Below are positions 40,106 to 53,499 of a DNA stretch of 64,000 nucleotides, piece after piece. The stretch is from contig NC_042998.1 of the NCBI RefSeq assembly GCF_006345805.1, positions 55,986,001-56,050,000 on the forward strand, in the 5' to 3' direction. Source of the DNA: Octopus sinensis. Its lineage: Eukaryota. The notes beneath the pieces were generated by a model. It made no database searches. It was given only the letters and a program-made list of their open reading frames with translations, and was not told the origin of the DNA. How positions within the stretch are numbered: the stretch's first letter is position 1; each line of letters begins with the position of its first letter. Both the position numbers and the translations under genes were made by a program.

Positions 40106-43100
40106 GTTTGTATGTATGTATTTGTGTGTCTGTATTTGTCCCCCCCACCATCACTTGACAACTGATGTTGGTGTGTTTACATCCCTGTAACTTAGCAGTT
40201 TGACAAAAGACCCTAATAGAATAAGTACTAGGCTTACAAAGAAAATGTCCTGGGGTAGATTTGTTCAACTAAAAGACGGTGCTCCAGCATGGCCGCAGTC
40301 AAATGACTGAAACAAGTATATAAAAATTTTTTAAAAAGGCAGTGGGGGAGAGGAGTTTAAGAAAATTCACATGTGTTGGGTTTGTTTTCTCGCATAAGTT
40401 TTGAAAAGAATGACTATTTTCAATGAAAATTGCAACAGATACCTTTCACAGTGTGTAGATTATGATTTTATTGGAATTTGGTATGATGATAAAAATTGAT
40501 AGGATAGCACATGACACACATGACTTCTTTTTTTTTTTTTTTTTTTTTATTTGTTGCAACACATATTCTGATACGATAGAATCTACATTATCTGAAGCAT
40601 ACTTTTAGAAAATTTCATTAAAGAATATCCATTTTTCAGAAAGTTATGAGTAAACAAAGTCAGTGGGGCACATATGTGTAGGTATTGTGCCGCTAAGTCC
40701 ATATATCATGGTGCATGTCCATAATAAACATATTATTTTAAATATATAATGTAGATATATATATTTATAATCCAAGATTACATATATTTACAAGCATCAC
40801 ATAAAACATGGTATTTGCATTGTAAAACTAACTCTTGTAACCCCTTTTCTCATAATATTTAAAAATGTACAAAAATTTTGTTTTTAGTTACTGCTAATTA
40901 CTACCTCATTACATTTATTCAAAAGCAGTGAATTAGCAAGATCTCTTGTGCATTCTGGCAACATAATCCACATCTCTTCCATTCACTTTTGTATGGAATT
41001 ACATATTTCACAATGCTCCATTTTGACTAATTATGTATGCTATTAAGGCAGTGAGCCAGCAGAATCATTAGTGCACTGGATGGTATGCTTAGCGGTATTT
41101 CACCCATTTACGTTCTGATTTCAAAATCCACCAAGGTTGACTTTGCCTTTCATCCTTTCAGTGTCAATAAATTAAGTACCAGTGAAATACTGAGGTCAAT
41201 GTAATCGACTTAACATCTTCCCCCAAGCTGCCCTTATGGCAAAAATTTGAAATCATTATCTATGTTATTATTTCTGTGTTGTACATATTCAGCTAACAAA
41301 ATTGAGCGGACTAACTTTGAATTTTTGAAGCTGTAAAGCCTATGTATTCCTTGAAATTTGCTCACATAACTATTATTACCATCTTATAAAGAAAACACTT
41401 ATTTGAAGGGTATGCATTCACCTTCCTACAATCACACATACTTTGTGTATTACCAGTCATTCTATTAAAACTGTTATGTATTTGCTGAGCATTCATATCC
41501 TATAGATTGCTGGTTCCCCACAGTTACATCCCTGATATTAATTTCTATGTTAGAATTGCTTTCATTAATACCTTTAGTGATTAGTACAGTCACTATCATT
41601 AATTACTTTTGTGTACGATCTGTCTCTGCAGCTCAAAAGCTCTTAAAAAGAAGTGCAGTTCAAAAAGCAAATGCTATTACTCTTTTTTTCTTTCAAATCT
41701 ATTATGTGCTAGTGTCTAACATTCATCCTTACCTTACATAGAAACAGGTGTGAGTTGGCAACAGGAATGGTATTCTGATGTAAAAGTTATGCCTTGACAA
41801 ATTCTGATTAATACAAGCATGAAAAAGTCAATGTTAAAACAATAATGATGATGACATGAGCTACATAGGCAATTTTGTCCATCTATACACACAAGTCCAC
41901 TAATTATAAATTTCAGGTGATTCAATAGCTTTTGGAAGTAGTATAAAGTTTTGTTTAGCTTATAGTATAGACAGCATCATTCACAAGAAATATCCATAAC
42001 ATCCATGAAATTTACTTCTAAGGTCATAGCAATAGCAAGTCCTTCCAAAAGCCTTTGTAGTTCTCTCTTAATCTGCATGACTGTAGATGGGTTTTAGCCT
42101 GTCACTATAAGAAGGCAGTCATCTCAAGATAATCCACTGCCAGTGTCCAGAATGTACTCACACACACACACACTTGCATACATGTATACATACATATACA
42201 GGAAAAAATAAAATCTAAATTATATTGAGAATGTAGAAAAGGATAACAGTCATCAGAAAGAATGGTAAAAAAAATGTAATTTTGGAATCCATTCATTTCA
42301 AATGTGCACGTAATGTGAATATTTGGTGTTCACTCACAAAATGTGAACATTAGAAACCCTGTTCTAAATGTTAGAATACTCTTGTCTTTACAGCACTCCA
42401 AACCTCTATATTCATTGAACCAATTTAACTTTGTCTTTTAACATAAGGAAAAACAGATCTTTTTGAAAGTAAGAAGTAGCTCCCTTTTTTTTGTTACTGA
42501 CCTATTACAAATGAGTACAAAAATATATTCTATCTTCCATATTTATCATATATATGTGTAACACAAGGCCATTGTTCATTCGTTTGAAATAAAGTTTATC
42601 TTCAGTGGCAGGTTTCTTACTTAAACAACAAAGTATTTCGTTTCATACTAATCTAATACTACCTCAATTATGTCTACCGGATTTTCATTTAATCAGGTGG
42701 CTATTCACAACATCAATGATTGTTTTATTCACTTTATTCTTTATCAGGGCAACAGTTTCTAATCCAAGAATGTAGATTGGTTGTGAGTATATGCCATTGA
42801 AAAGACCCAAAAAGGCTGAAATGTGTATCTGCCATTCTTACTGGTTGCTACTGGAACGAAATTTTGTCTCCCTTTGATATTTATTATGTTCTTTTGACAG
42901 CACATCCTTAGATGTTATCTCTGGACAAATACTACAGTAACTGCCCTATCAACAGCATGTACACATTAAGTTTGAAATGTAGATGGCTATTTTAATTTAA
43001 TATTGTCTCAATTGCATACTGTGGATTTTTATTCAGTTGGACAGTTGTTTGCAACATCAGTGAATGCTTTATTCACTTTTTTTTATTTCGTGGATAGTGA

Positions 43101-43699
43101 GCATGTGGCTGATTGCAAGTACACCAAAATTCAGCTGGCATTCTCTCTAGCAGCTGCTGGGATAAGTTTTCATTTCCCTGATATTTATTGTTTTTAATAT
43201 AGAATGCCTATAAGAGATATTAATTAGCTCAGGGAAATTACTACAGTAACTGGGCTATTGACACTATGTATACATTAAGTATGAAACACAAATGGCTATT
43301 ACATAATAAAAATAAGAAAATGTTCATGATGATTCATAATGAGTGGAGAGCTGCAAAATAGTAAAGATAATACAGAAAGCAGGAGATGGATGAGAGAGAG
43401 AGAGAGAGGAAGACAGAGAGAGATAAAGTAAGGTTGTGTAGATTGCAAGAGTGTGTGGGGAAAAAGGAGAGGAAGACATAGTGCATGGGGAGATTGAGAG
43501 ATATAAGGTTTCGGAGGAGAGATAGAGGATGCTCAGTGTAAAATGTGGGTGAATATCAAGTGAAATGGTTCCAGGTAGTCCAAGTGAAATGGTTCCAGAA
43601 AGATAAGTGGTATAAAAAAAACTGTCTATAGAGGTGATGAGTAGTGTTGACAAATTGATGTGTGCAGGCAGGTAGATTGATAGACAAATAGACAGGCAG

Positions 43700-44290
43700 A
43701 CAGTAGGTCTTCTCAAGAACCGCATATCACTAGTCATCCCTGTCCTTTGTCATCCCCTGTGAGTTTCAAGGGCCTGAGACCAGCCTTCACCATATGTCTC
43801 ACATTTCTTCTGCAAGCTCCACATTCAGTGATCTACACTTCCTTATACAACTGTCCTCAACTATATGTATCACATGTCCATACCGGCATAGTCTTCTTTC
43901 TTGCAGACTATTTCTGACTTCTCTTGTGTCCAGTTTTCCTCCGCACATTTGTACCATGTCATTTATGCACACTTACATTGTACATCCAATGGAGCATGCT
44001 TGCTTCATTTCTTTCCAGTTTTCTTCTGTTCTCAATATTCAAGGCCTATATCACACTATGATCCAGCATCATAGATCTAGCCCAAGCTTCATACAGTCTA
44101 CCTTTCACACTTAAGGAAAAATATCTTTTGTTGTCAGCAGCAGTAGTAGCCTTCCTGAATTTTTCCCAGCCCATTCTTACTCTAGCTACCATATTTTCAG
44201 AGTAACCATCTTTCCTTGATTCTAGTGAGCCATCCTGGTATTTAAGAAAATCTAATTCCAGCATACTCATAGTAATACTGCTCAAGTGCA
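43700..44290 (-). mobile_element. Highly decayed RTE LINE 3' fragment
   Basis: ORF 44046..44291 (ARVRMGWEKFRK...SLSVKGRLYEA) resembles the RTE C-terminus. Confidence 0.65.
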
Positions 44291-45733
44291 TCTATCCTTA
44301 TGAAGCTTACATTCTCAGCTAGTCTGCTATCTAGAGATTTCTAAAGGAATGGTGTTGTAATGGAAAAAAAAATAATAATGAGACTCATTCCATTTCCAGT
44401 GAACTAACTACAAGTGGCAGATACACATTGAGTTATTAACCCAAAATTACCAGCAAAGAAACATTGAGTGATGTATATATAAACTAGAGATATTTGATTG
44501 GTTATTTGTAATGTTTTTCTTCATCAACTCAATATGTGCCTAAGTAGTTTGTTGCTCCTTATTTAAACTTTTTAAAATTTCTAAAGTCATTCTAAAATGT
44601 AATCATTGTTTATAACATTTCTCTGTAAGTTAGCCTCTCACAGAATCTCTTACTTAATGAGTGGACATTTGTTGAGGTATTCCTGTATACATTGTGTCAT
44701 CAATTCAATATGAAATTTTGAAATCCTCTGCCATATCATTTTATATAATCAACAATATTAGGCACACGTATCTAAATATCTACCAAAAATGTTTAATAAA
44801 ATCTATGAAGTCTGAATACAAATACCAATGTGGCCACCCTGAAAGAGGCACTATCTTAAAGCCAGAGTATTGTTGGTCAATCATCTGAATACAGAAAACA
44901 AAAGATTAAAATATTTTAAACGTAGAACTGATAAAACATTTTAAATATGTATTCAAAATGGCATCCAAAAAAAATGTTTTGTGGGAATATTTTCCTGAAG
45001 AATATCAAATACAGTAGTTGGGAACATAGATGAGCTCTTTAACAAAGTATTTAGATTAAATGTCTTAAAACATACAAATATTCCATTATCATTTAACTTT
45101 AAGGCAGTGGATTAACAGTATTATTAAAGCCTCAAACAAAATGCCTTGTGATATTTGTTCCAGCTCTTTATGTTCATTGTTCAATTCCTGCTGAGGTCAG
45201 CGTTATCTTTTGTCCTTTTGAAGTTAAAAAAATAAACACCAATCCAGGGTGGTTGATTGGTGTAATTATCAGAGCACTGACCAAAATGCTTTGAGGTGCT
45301 TATTCCAGATCTTTATCTTCTGGGTTCATCTATAATAACACTGGTTCCAACCCATCTTTCCTTTGGACAACATCAGCAGCATGAAGTCAAAAACTAGCTG
45401 TATGGACATATGCTGTTCTTCCATAATAAAACTCTCGCTTATAACTGCATGCTAGTAAGTACAATTAATTAATGCATTTATATAAATAGAAATTGCCATC
45501 ATCAACATATCAGTTCCCAATTCTATCAAAATGTGTCACTATTCATCAATCAAGACTATATATTTGCATTGCAAGAACTTTTATGAAACAAGTCATGAAG
45601 GGAAATACTTTCGAAAACACAAAATATATTTTAAAATTCCATTAAGAATTTCTGTACATTTATAAATGCACAAAATAAAACTTCCCATTATTACTACCTC
45701 GGGCAAAGATATGTGTATGAGTGTGTGTGTATA

Positions 45734-45767
<34 letters not shown>

Positions 45768-45873
45768 AGTATTTAATAAATCATATGGTATACACCTAGT
45801 TGTTTGCCAATGCGAGATGGGTCAAAACGGTTGTAGTGATCAATAAAGATTTTCATACCTCCCATCTCTCTCA

Positions 45874-45968
<95 letters not shown>

Positions 45969-48900
45969 TAACTACTTGTATTAGACAAATCCAAGTATAC
46001 AAATTTTGACACAAGTTGAACAATCTTAGGGAAGAGGCTGTTGATTACATCTACCCCAGTTCTCAGTTTGTACCTATTTTTATCACCCCAGAAAAATGGA
46101 ACGCAAAGTTGACCTCAGTGGAATTTGAACTCACTATGTAAAGACAGACAAAATGCTGCTAAGCATTTTGCCCAGCATACAAACAATTCTGCCAGCTCAC
46201 CACCTTCACCTTCATCATCCTCATCATCATCATCAACATCTAATGTCCATTTTCCATGCTGGCATGGGTTGAATGGTTTAACAGGAACTGGCAAGGCCAG
46301 AGGTCACACCAGGTTCCATAGTTTGTTTTGGCTTGGTTTTATGGCTTGATACCCTTCCTAATACCAGCCACTCTACAGAGTGTACTGGGTACTTTTTACG
46401 TGGAAACACCACCCACACCAGTGCTTTTCATGTGCCACCTTGGTTTTAGGATCTCAATTCTGTTGTGACGAGTTGGTCTTCTTGAGTACATCATTGCCCC
46501 ACATATCTCAGTCCTCTGTATATAAGTACACAAATATTAGACATACAGAATGGACTCTCCAATACTTCCTAAAATTGTTGACATGTTCCATGACAAGTAA
46601 ATGCATAAATCAACACTAATTTTCATAATAATTGTCATAAGTACCAGTGAATAATTTGATATACTTTTTTAGCAAATGGTCTCATCTTAACTTCATTAAG
46701 AAAACTAGAGAAAACACTGGCCCCCACCAGGCAGTTTTATGATAGTTGCTTAGTAATATTTACATATTTGATTCCCAATTTGTATTATTTTTCTGTTACT
46801 TCTAATTTTCCTTTATATCTTTTATTCATCTAATAGTACTCACTAACTCAGTAAATATTTCTTTCAGAATTTTTTCAATCTTAACCCCTCTCTTTTAAAC
46901 GAACTGCAAGTCCTCTTTGTGGTTGTTTATTATGTTAGAAATACCTAGATTGTGTGGGTATATTCTAAAGCCTAAAACATACAAAATAAACATATGCACA
47001 AATTACCCTCTTTTTTTTTTGTTGTTGTTGTTCTTTAGATTCATCCCGATCCCACTCAGCTAACCTCCTGGTAACTTGAAATTATGTTCATATTAAGGAA
47101 CAGCTAGTATTATTTCTGAGGGTAATTTGAAATCAATTTTAGATTACCACTCAAATCCTTCCCCAAATATTCATCATATCTGTGACAAATAAACTTGTTT
47201 TCTGTGTTTGTGTATGCATTAGGTACACGAGTGTAAATCACAGAGAAAGAGTTTTGAGTATCCATTTCATAGGTTAAAGTTGAAAAATTTGCATTTGAAG
47301 TGTATAAAATATTCTTTTTGTATAATAATTGTGTATAAAAATATTTTGTTTTGTATATGAATGAATATATTTCATTTGCATTTAAAGTGCATGTGTATTA
47401 ATATATTTTGTTTTGTTTGATATATATTTCAGTCACTAGATTGTTATTTTAAAAATATTTGCAGGCTCATAATCTCTGATGTTCAAAGTGTTTTGTTAAA
47501 GGCAGCATAAAAATGCTAAGGAATGTACTGGAAAAAATCATATTGAAAAACTTGCCTTTAGTTGTGACTGATTTCTTTTCTGTTGACATATATTTGTGCT
47601 GAGATATTAATACTAAAATTTATTTATAACCTATATAAACACAGCTACAGATGTACAGACATGAAAAATGATATTTTTTAAATTCTTGTTCATCATATGA
47701 ACTATGACAGCATAAACAGAGGAGGTTCCAGCAAAGGAATTAACTATCAGAAATACAGTTTCAGATTTTTGAAAATAATGGTAGCAAATTAAAATTAATT
47801 ATTTAGTTGAAAAGAAATTTGAAAACCTTTTTTTGATAAAAATATGTAAAAATTGGAATTTTAAAAAATCTTCTGGACAACAGTGAATTTAATAATAGCT
47901 TTCTTTTAGTAAAAGTTTCATGATTCCAACTAATTAATAAGCAGCTTTCTCTATTATAGTATAGATATCCCATAGAAAAGATAGTTTAGCCTATTCTTTT
48001 TTAAGTGTGGTGTTACCTTCCCTTTCTATACAAAATTTTAAAAAATTCCAGAATTAGTAATTAAAATTAATTTGCTCAATAAAATCTCCAATTGTGTATT
48101 TGATTAAGCACACACAAGACTAAATGTTTAAAATAATTTTCCATTTCTAAAAACTGAGGTATGCTCAGTTTTTAAACATACTGTAAAACTACAATATTGT
48201 TTTCTTACATTTAAAGGTTTACATTTCATTTAATGTGGCGACATTATCTTATAATTAATATTTCTAATAATGAAATCTTGAATCACTATCCCACTTTGCA
48301 AAAGTTTTTTAAACAACATGTTGTTTTCGTTTTCTGTAAAATGTTTGTTTACTTGCTAAAATTGTAATAAATATAGCAGAAATGTATATACAATGCAACA
48401 CAACTTATTATTCTGTTTCTTAATTTCTCTTGACAATTAAGGTTCAGAAATACTTTTCAGTATAAATACATAGTATAACGCAGTGTGACTTCAACATGAA
48501 TTAGCTACAAATTATTAAATACATTCTAATGTATATAGAAGAGGGTGTAAATTCATTATGTAATTTACAATTTTATAGTTATGATTAGAAAATTTCATAA
48601 AATGTTTACATGTGTCAAAATCATCATCATCGTTTAGCATTTGCTTTCCATGCTGGCATTGGTTGGATGGTTTGACTGAGAACTGGCAGGCAAGCCAGGA
48701 GGCTGCACTAGGCTCCAATCTGATCTGGCAAATTTTCTATAGCTGGATGCCTTTCCTAATGCCAGCCACTCCCAGAGTGTAGTGGGTGCTTTTTATGTGC
48801 CACTGGCACAGGGACCAGTCAGGCAGTACTGGCATTGACCACACTTGAATGGTGCTTTTTATGTTCCACCAGCATGGGTGCCAGTTAGGTGGTACTGGCA

Positions 48901-49359
48901 ACGACCACACTCAAATGGTGCATTTTACATGCCATCAGCATGGGCAATATGCATATATGTTTAAAAACATGTCACATTTGCATGTATGCAGGTATGCTTA
49001 ATTGTCAGATTTTAAATTCAAAGTATGTATAATTAAGATAATATTGGATTTTAGTCATATCTATGATGAAAATGATTGCAAAAGGAAAACTTTTTTAAAT
49101 ACATAATACAAGCATACCTTTTCAATGTGACCAACAATAAATATCTTGACATTTTAACATATTTTATTACTGTTTAATGACATATTACATTTGACTTATT
49201 AATTAATATAATGTTAATTAGAATTAACTAACATCATTTTAATTGCATACATTTTCAAAAATATACATGTTATTCAATGACAATGATGAGAGTGATGAGG
49301 GTAGCAAGCATTGACAATGGTGGTGGTAATTTGATATAAAATTCACCAAAGCTATAGCT

Positions 49360-49394
<35 letters not shown>

Positions 49395-50346
49395 CTCTAT
49401 CTCTATCTATCTCTCCCCCATCTCTCTCTGTCCACTCATTCTCTTTCCCTCTCTCTCTCTGTCCCATCACTCTCTCTTCCTCTCTCTCACACACACACAC
49501 ACACACACTGATTCATTGTCTATGAGAAAGATTTTTTAAACTTTGAGATGTTCCAAGATTTTGATAGCTAATATGGCAGTGCATTCCATTTTTTGGACCA
49601 CGGTGTTCTGCACTTATATTCTCTTGATTATTACATTTATTGGCTGTAGCTGAAAATATGATCCACTGGAATTTCAAGAGGTAATACAGGCTCAAAACAT
49701 CTCAAATTCAGTGAAAATTTCAGAATTTCTTTCACTAAACCTACACAACAGAAAAAAGGATGATTCAGGGAATATACAGACAGTTCTGCACAAGGATAAA
49801 TGTGCCCAGTATGGTGAAATATGGTTTCAGTTCTCGTTAACCTAGATCAATGTTCAACATAACAGGCCTATTTCTGTGTAATTTTTTGCTGCTTCTAATA
49901 AATTGCCTTTTGGGTTTTTTTTTCTTTTAGGACTTTTTGAGTGAAACAGGTGCATTATTTTAGCTTATTTCACCTTAGAAACAGGTGATAACAAAAATAA
50001 ATTTAAATGATTTAATTTTGGCATGAAATTGGATATATAATTATTTTTAGCATTTGTATTATAAAAATTTGCTAAGTTAAGAAAAGCTCTTTTGCAAAAT
50101 AAATGAATAAAAATGCAAATTACAACAAATGTTTGATCATATGGAACGGAAATATCAAACTATTTCCTAATAGTAAAGATTGTTTACCAATATAACATGA
50201 CAGTCCTGTTTTAGGACGAATGTTGCTTTATTGGCATGTGAAAAAACATTTGAAGGAGGTTGTCTCCAACTAGCTATACAACACAATCTGTGACCTTACA
50301 TTTTCAAACAAGGGAATATAGCATTCCCACTCAGCTCGAAACAATA

Positions 50347-50391
50347 TCTGTATATCATGATTTCTGGGTTATTTCTCTTCATCAGCACAGA
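50347..50391 (-). ncRNA. Type I hammerhead ribozyme motif, family D (core intact)
   Basis: TCTGTG-CTGATGA-AGAGAAATAACCCA-GAAA-TCATGA-T-A-TACAGA. Stem I 6 bp (one G-U), stem III palindrome ATCATGAT, triplet AUA. Stem II is weak (GAG/CCC). Confidence 0.75.
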
Positions 50392-50576
50392 ATAATTGTT
50401 CGGCTAGAGGTGATGCTGCTGAATTCCAATTCGAAATATATAGTTTTCAAAGTGACAACTAGTCACTGATCTATAAATTAGGAAATTACTATTGATCAGT
50501 GACTAGTTGTCACTTTGAAAACTATTTAATATTTCGAACTGGAATTTGGCAGCACCACCTCTAGCCAAACAATTAT

Positions 50577-50620
50577 TCTGTGCTGATGAAGAGAAATAAC
50601 CCAGAATTGTGATACACAGA
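50577..50620 (+). ncRNA. Type I hammerhead motif, family D (damaged right-arm copy)
   Basis: TCTGTG-CTGATGA-AGAGAAATAACCCA-GAATTGTGAT-A-CACAGA. Stem I is perfect but GAAA and stem III are mutated and 1 nt shorter. Confidence 0.6.
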
Positions 50621-51605
50621 TATTGTTTTGAACTGAGTGGGGGTGCCACATTTTCTTGTTCGAAAATATAAGAACACAGATCGTGTCATATAGCCAGCTG
50701 GAAACGATGTCTCCGGGAGCTAAATTACAGTAACATTCGTCCTAAACCAGGACTGCCATGTTATGTTGGCAAACAATCTTTACTCCAAAGTACTATTGCT
50801 GAATATCTCGCATTGTGAGATTTAGAAATAGTGCAACAAACATGAAAAATTTGTCTTACTTCTAAGAAGAACATTCGATAAATGGACAACCCACAATCGG
50901 ATAAAGCAGGACTGGTTTCTGACTCTTCAAATATGTTTATCAACGTTACCAGCGCCGCCTTACTGGCACTTGTGCCCGTGCTAGTTGGGTGCCAAGAGTA
51001 CCATCCAAGCATGATCATTGCCAGAGCAGCCAACTGGCTTCCATGCCAGTGGCACGTAAAAGGGCACCGTTCAAGTGTGATCATTACCAACGTCATCTTA
51101 CTGGCACCTGTGCTGGTGGCATGTGTAAAAAGATTTGAGCAAGGTTGTTGCCAGTACCTCCTGACTGGCCCGCGTGCCGGTGGCACGTAAAAAGCACGCA
51201 CTACACTCTCAGAGTGGTTGGTGTTAGGAAGGGCATCAAGCTGTAGAAACTCTGCCAAATCAAGATTGGAGCCTGGTGCAGCCATCTGGTTCACCAGCCC
51301 TCAGTCAAAACCGTCCAACCCATGCTAGAATGGAAAGCAGATGTTAAACGATGATGAACGTAAATTTGACCAGTCTTCATCAGCTGCATTTACCTAGACA
51401 ATATTTCAAATGTTGCTACATCGATGCCAGCATACTCACCTGAACGCTTAGCCGTTCACAGAATGAGAACAGTGAAAAAGTTTTCGATGGAAAATGAAAT
51501 ATTGCAATACAAGTGTATTACTTTCCAGAAAAATAAAGCACCGTAAAAGTAGAAGTGTAAATATAAATATAGATTAGTGGTACAATAATATAAATATACA
51601 TGTAA

Positions 51606-51760
51606 CAACAAACTACAAAAACTATATATATATATATAACAAACTACAAAAAAATATATATATTTTATATATATATATATAACAAACTACAAAAAAATAT
51701 ATATATTTTATATATATATATATGAAACAAACTACAAAAAAAAAATATATATATATATTG
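51606..51760 (+). repeat. Minisatellite, four units of AACAAACTACAAAAA+(TA)n
   Basis: Read directly; unit length varies at about 32-44 bp. Confidence 0.9.
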
Positions 51761-52104
51761 CCAGCGCCGCCTTGGCTGGCTTCCGTGCTGGTGGCACGTT
51801 AAAAGCACCAACCGATCGTGGCCGATGCCAGACTGCCCTGGCACCTGTGCAGGTGGCACGTAAAAAGCACCCACTACACTCGCAGAGTGGTTGGCGTTAG
51901 GAAGGGCATCCAGTTGTAGAAACACTGCCAGATCAGACTGGAGCCTGGTGCAGCCCCTGGCTTCCCAGACCCCGGTTGAACCGTCCAACCCGTGCTAGTG
52001 CGGAAAACGGACGTTAAACGATGATGATGATGATGATGATATTAAATATTGAATATATATATATTATATATGTAATATATGTATATCATACATTATATAT
52101 ATAT

Positions 52105-52600
52105 GTGCATATATATATATATGCATATATACACACATACATGTACATGCCTACATATATATGTATATATACATGCATATATGGGTACTGGAGGTCAAAA
52201 AAACGTGAACGAAATGAGAATCAAGAACATAAAAAACGAAAGCATGGAAAATGAACCTTTTTTTCGAACAATGAAAGAAACAAATACAGAAACAAAACAG
52301 GCAACATAAAGAACATTCCCTTCATCAGTTGTCCCCTGTTTTATCTACACCTTTGAAATGCGGAGTAGATAAAACAGGGGACAGCTGATTAAGGGTATAT
52401 TCTTTATGTTACCTGTCTTGTTTCTCTATTTGTTTCTTTCCTTCTACGAAAAAATGTTTGTTTTCCGTACTTTTGCTTTTTATGTTCTTGTTTCTCATTT
52501 TGTTCATGTTTTTTTGACCTCCTATACCCATATATCCATGCATAAATACATGTATATGTAGCATGTGCATGTATGTGTGTGTATATATGCATATATGTAT
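52105..52600. repeat. About 500-bp fold-back palindrome
   Basis: CATCAGTTGTCCCCTGTTTTATCTAC / GTAGATAAAACAGGGGACAGCTGAT around a short spacer at about 52349-52364. The arms stay alignable into the flanking microsatellite. Confidence 0.9.
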
Positions 52601-52687
52601 ATATTATTTGTATTCTTATATGATTGAATGCCACGCATCTATTTCCAAGTAAGTTTTATCTATACAGATATACATTGTATGTATATA

Positions 52688-52718
<31 letters not shown>

Positions 52719-53499
52719 CTATATATCTGTATTATATATATATATATATATATCATATATATATATGTATATTATATATATATATATTATGTGTTATGTG
52801 TGTATATATATATATATACATATATATTATTATAAATCATATATATATAATATATAATATATATATATATATATGTATATATAATATATGTATATCATAT
52901 ATGTATATATATATGATATATGTATATCATATATGTATATATATATATAATATATGTATATCATATATGTATATATATTATCATCATCATCGTTTAACGT
53001 CCGCTTTCCAAGCTGATCTGGCAGAATTTCTATGGCTAGATGAATGCCAACCACTCTGAGAGTGTAGTGGGTGCTTTTACGTGCCACGGGCACGAGGGCC
53101 AGTCAGGTGGTACTGGCAGCAGCTACACTCAATGGTGCTCTTTATGTGCCACCGGCACAGGAGCCAGTCCAGCAGCACTCGCAACAACCTCGATCAAATG
53201 TTTTTTCACATGCCAATAAGGCAATGTATGTAATGATCAAGCTTGAATGGTGCTTTTCTACATGCCATCAGCACGGAGGCCAGCTAGTTGCTCTGGCAAC
53301 GATCACACTCATATGGTACTCTTCAGGCAATTAATTTCTAAGATGTACAAAACCCTAATCTTCAATGAAGGATCTTCTGGCTTTAATGCACTTTTTAAAC
53401 TTAGTACTCTACTTTCTACCGTATGAAGGCTCCATGGAAATCCTCCAAAGTTAAGGTGTTCACAACCCTTGTCACAACCTCCTTCATCATCTCCTTCAA

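Larger units (their letters stand above)
50172..50784. repeat. About 610-bp fold-back palindrome carrying two hammerhead motifs
   Basis: The arms pair from GTCACTGATC (spacer 50472-50493) out to AGTAAAGATTGTTTACCAA / TTGGCAAACAATCTTTACT, with one gap near 50230-50255. Confidence 0.92.

Noticed and set aside
42748-42782. Possible upstream exon (TTTATCAG|...|GTGAGT, open frame xQQFLIQECRLV)
   Set aside because: Good splice signals, but 35 nt with no recognisable protein, and its phase-0 end cannot join the phase-1 collagen exon directly. RNA-seq is needed.
47039-47070. Possible upstream exon ending CCTCCTG|GTAACT
   Set aside because: The frame that would supply the split Gly codon contains TAA, and the other frames give the wrong phase.
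50700-50830. PCYVGKQSLLQSTIAEYL as a GIY-YIG motif
   Set aside because: The spacing to the expected R/E/H residues does not fit and the frame has stops; too weak to call.
51361-51400. CTGATGA-AGACTGGTC-AAATTTA on the minus strand as another hammerhead
   Set aside because: G12 is missing, loop II is too short, and the stem I partner is replaced by an adjacent retro-tail insertion. At best a truncated remnant.
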